Shown: positions 16,227 through 16,669 of the stretch, piece after piece
Layout of the letters: every line of letters begins with the position of its first letter
How positions within the stretch are numbered: the stretch's first letter is position 1
DNA from: Sulfurihydrogenibium sp.
Lineage (GTDB): Bacteria > Aquificota > Aquificia > Aquificales > Hydrogenothermaceae
Direction: 5' to 3'
NCBI GenBank assembly: GCA_037442825.1
Contig: JBBIPN010000024.1
Coordinates: 1 to 16,669 of the forward strand
DNA: 16,669 bases
The notes under the pieces: generated by a model
Told to the model about the DNA's origin: nothing
What the model saw: only the letters and a program-made list of their open reading frames with translations
The model's database searches: none
Program-made: the position numbers and the translations under genes

Positions 16227-16669
16227 ATACAGATAAGAGAAGATCTTAAAGATTTTAAAACTTCAGTAAGTTCAGAACTTTCTAGCTTTAGGCTTGCTAT
16301 AGAATTGATAGATGAAAAAATGCTATCAATAGAAAGTAGACAAACAAATATTGAAAATGAGCTAAGGGATATAAGAAAATCTATTGAGTATGTCAATAAG
16401 CATATAGATGATACAAACAAGCATATAGATGATACAAATTTACGTATAGAGAAAATAAAAGATGATCTGATTAGACATATAGATGAAACAAGATCTGAAC
16501 TAAAAAATGAAATAATGAAAAACACAGAAAGGATTGATCAAATTAATATGAGAATTGACAATCTTTCAATGAGAACATCTCAAGTAGAACAAGAACGAAA
16601 AGAAGCATTATTAAATAAAGATATAATACATGATATACTGATTAGACTTAGGACATTAGAAGCTAAAGT
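16227..16669 (+). CDS. Coiled-coil repeat protein, partial (runs off the right edge; start uncertain, possibly a pseudogene)
   Basis: Frame is open from 16227 to the window end: IQIREDLKDFKTSVSSELSSFRLAIELIDEKMLSIESRQTNIENELRDIRKSIEYVNKHIDDTNKHIDDTNLRIEKIKDDLIRHIDETRSELK... with heptad periodicity. First TTG at 16305, first ATG at 16320. In-frame TAG at 16224-16226. Not in the supplied ORF track. Confidence 0.75.
   Translation, partial: MQIREDLKDFKTSVSSELSSFRLAIELIDEKMLSIESRQTNIENELRDIRKSIEYVNKHIDDTNKHIDDTNLRIEKIKDDLIRHIDETRSELKNEIMKNTERIDQINMRIDNLSMRTSQVEQERKEALLNKDIIHDILIRLRTLEAK
16395..16436 (+). repeat. 21-nt tandem repeat x2 encoding NKHIDDT
   Basis: AATAAGCATATAGATGATACA followed by AACAAGCATATAGATGATACA (1 mismatch). 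Diverged partial copy AGACATATAGATGAAACA at 16473-16490. Confidence 0.9.

Noticed and set aside
16395..16490. CRISPR array
   Set aside because: The repeats are adjacent, have no spacers and are in-frame coding; no cas genes in the window.
16217..16525. Minus-strand 102-aa ORF
   Set aside because: Reverse-complement shadow of the plus-strand coiled-coil frame; its FVSSICL repeats simply mirror NKHIDDT.

Overview
AT-rich bacterial chromosome segment. Gene style and the thermophile-type Ogg2 suggest Aquificota (Hydrogenothermaceae-like); this is inference, not tested. Left part (1-4212, + strand) is a compact putative nitric-oxide response module: precorrin-2 dehydrogenase/ferrochelatase (SirC/CysG-N), a Cys-free Crp/Fnr regulator (Dnr/Nss-like), an unknown 4-TM membrane protein and a quinol-dependent NO reductase (qNOR), closed by an intrinsic terminator. 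Each of its two gene pairs is preceded by an identical perfect FNR/DNR-type palindrome, TTGATTTAAATCAA. Next is a long-form QueH (+), which overlaps tail-to-tail with a tightly packed minus-strand run: asd, dgt, ArnT/PMT-like glycosyltransferase, hemC, rodZ-like, ogg, rsmG, rluB-like, GH15 glucoamylase. The right end has an EAL + degenerate GGDEF protein (reverse of the usual order) and a divergent coiled-coil repeat ORF, missed by the ORF track, that runs off the window and may be disrupted at its 5' end. No rRNA, tRNA, CRISPR array or mobile element was recognised.
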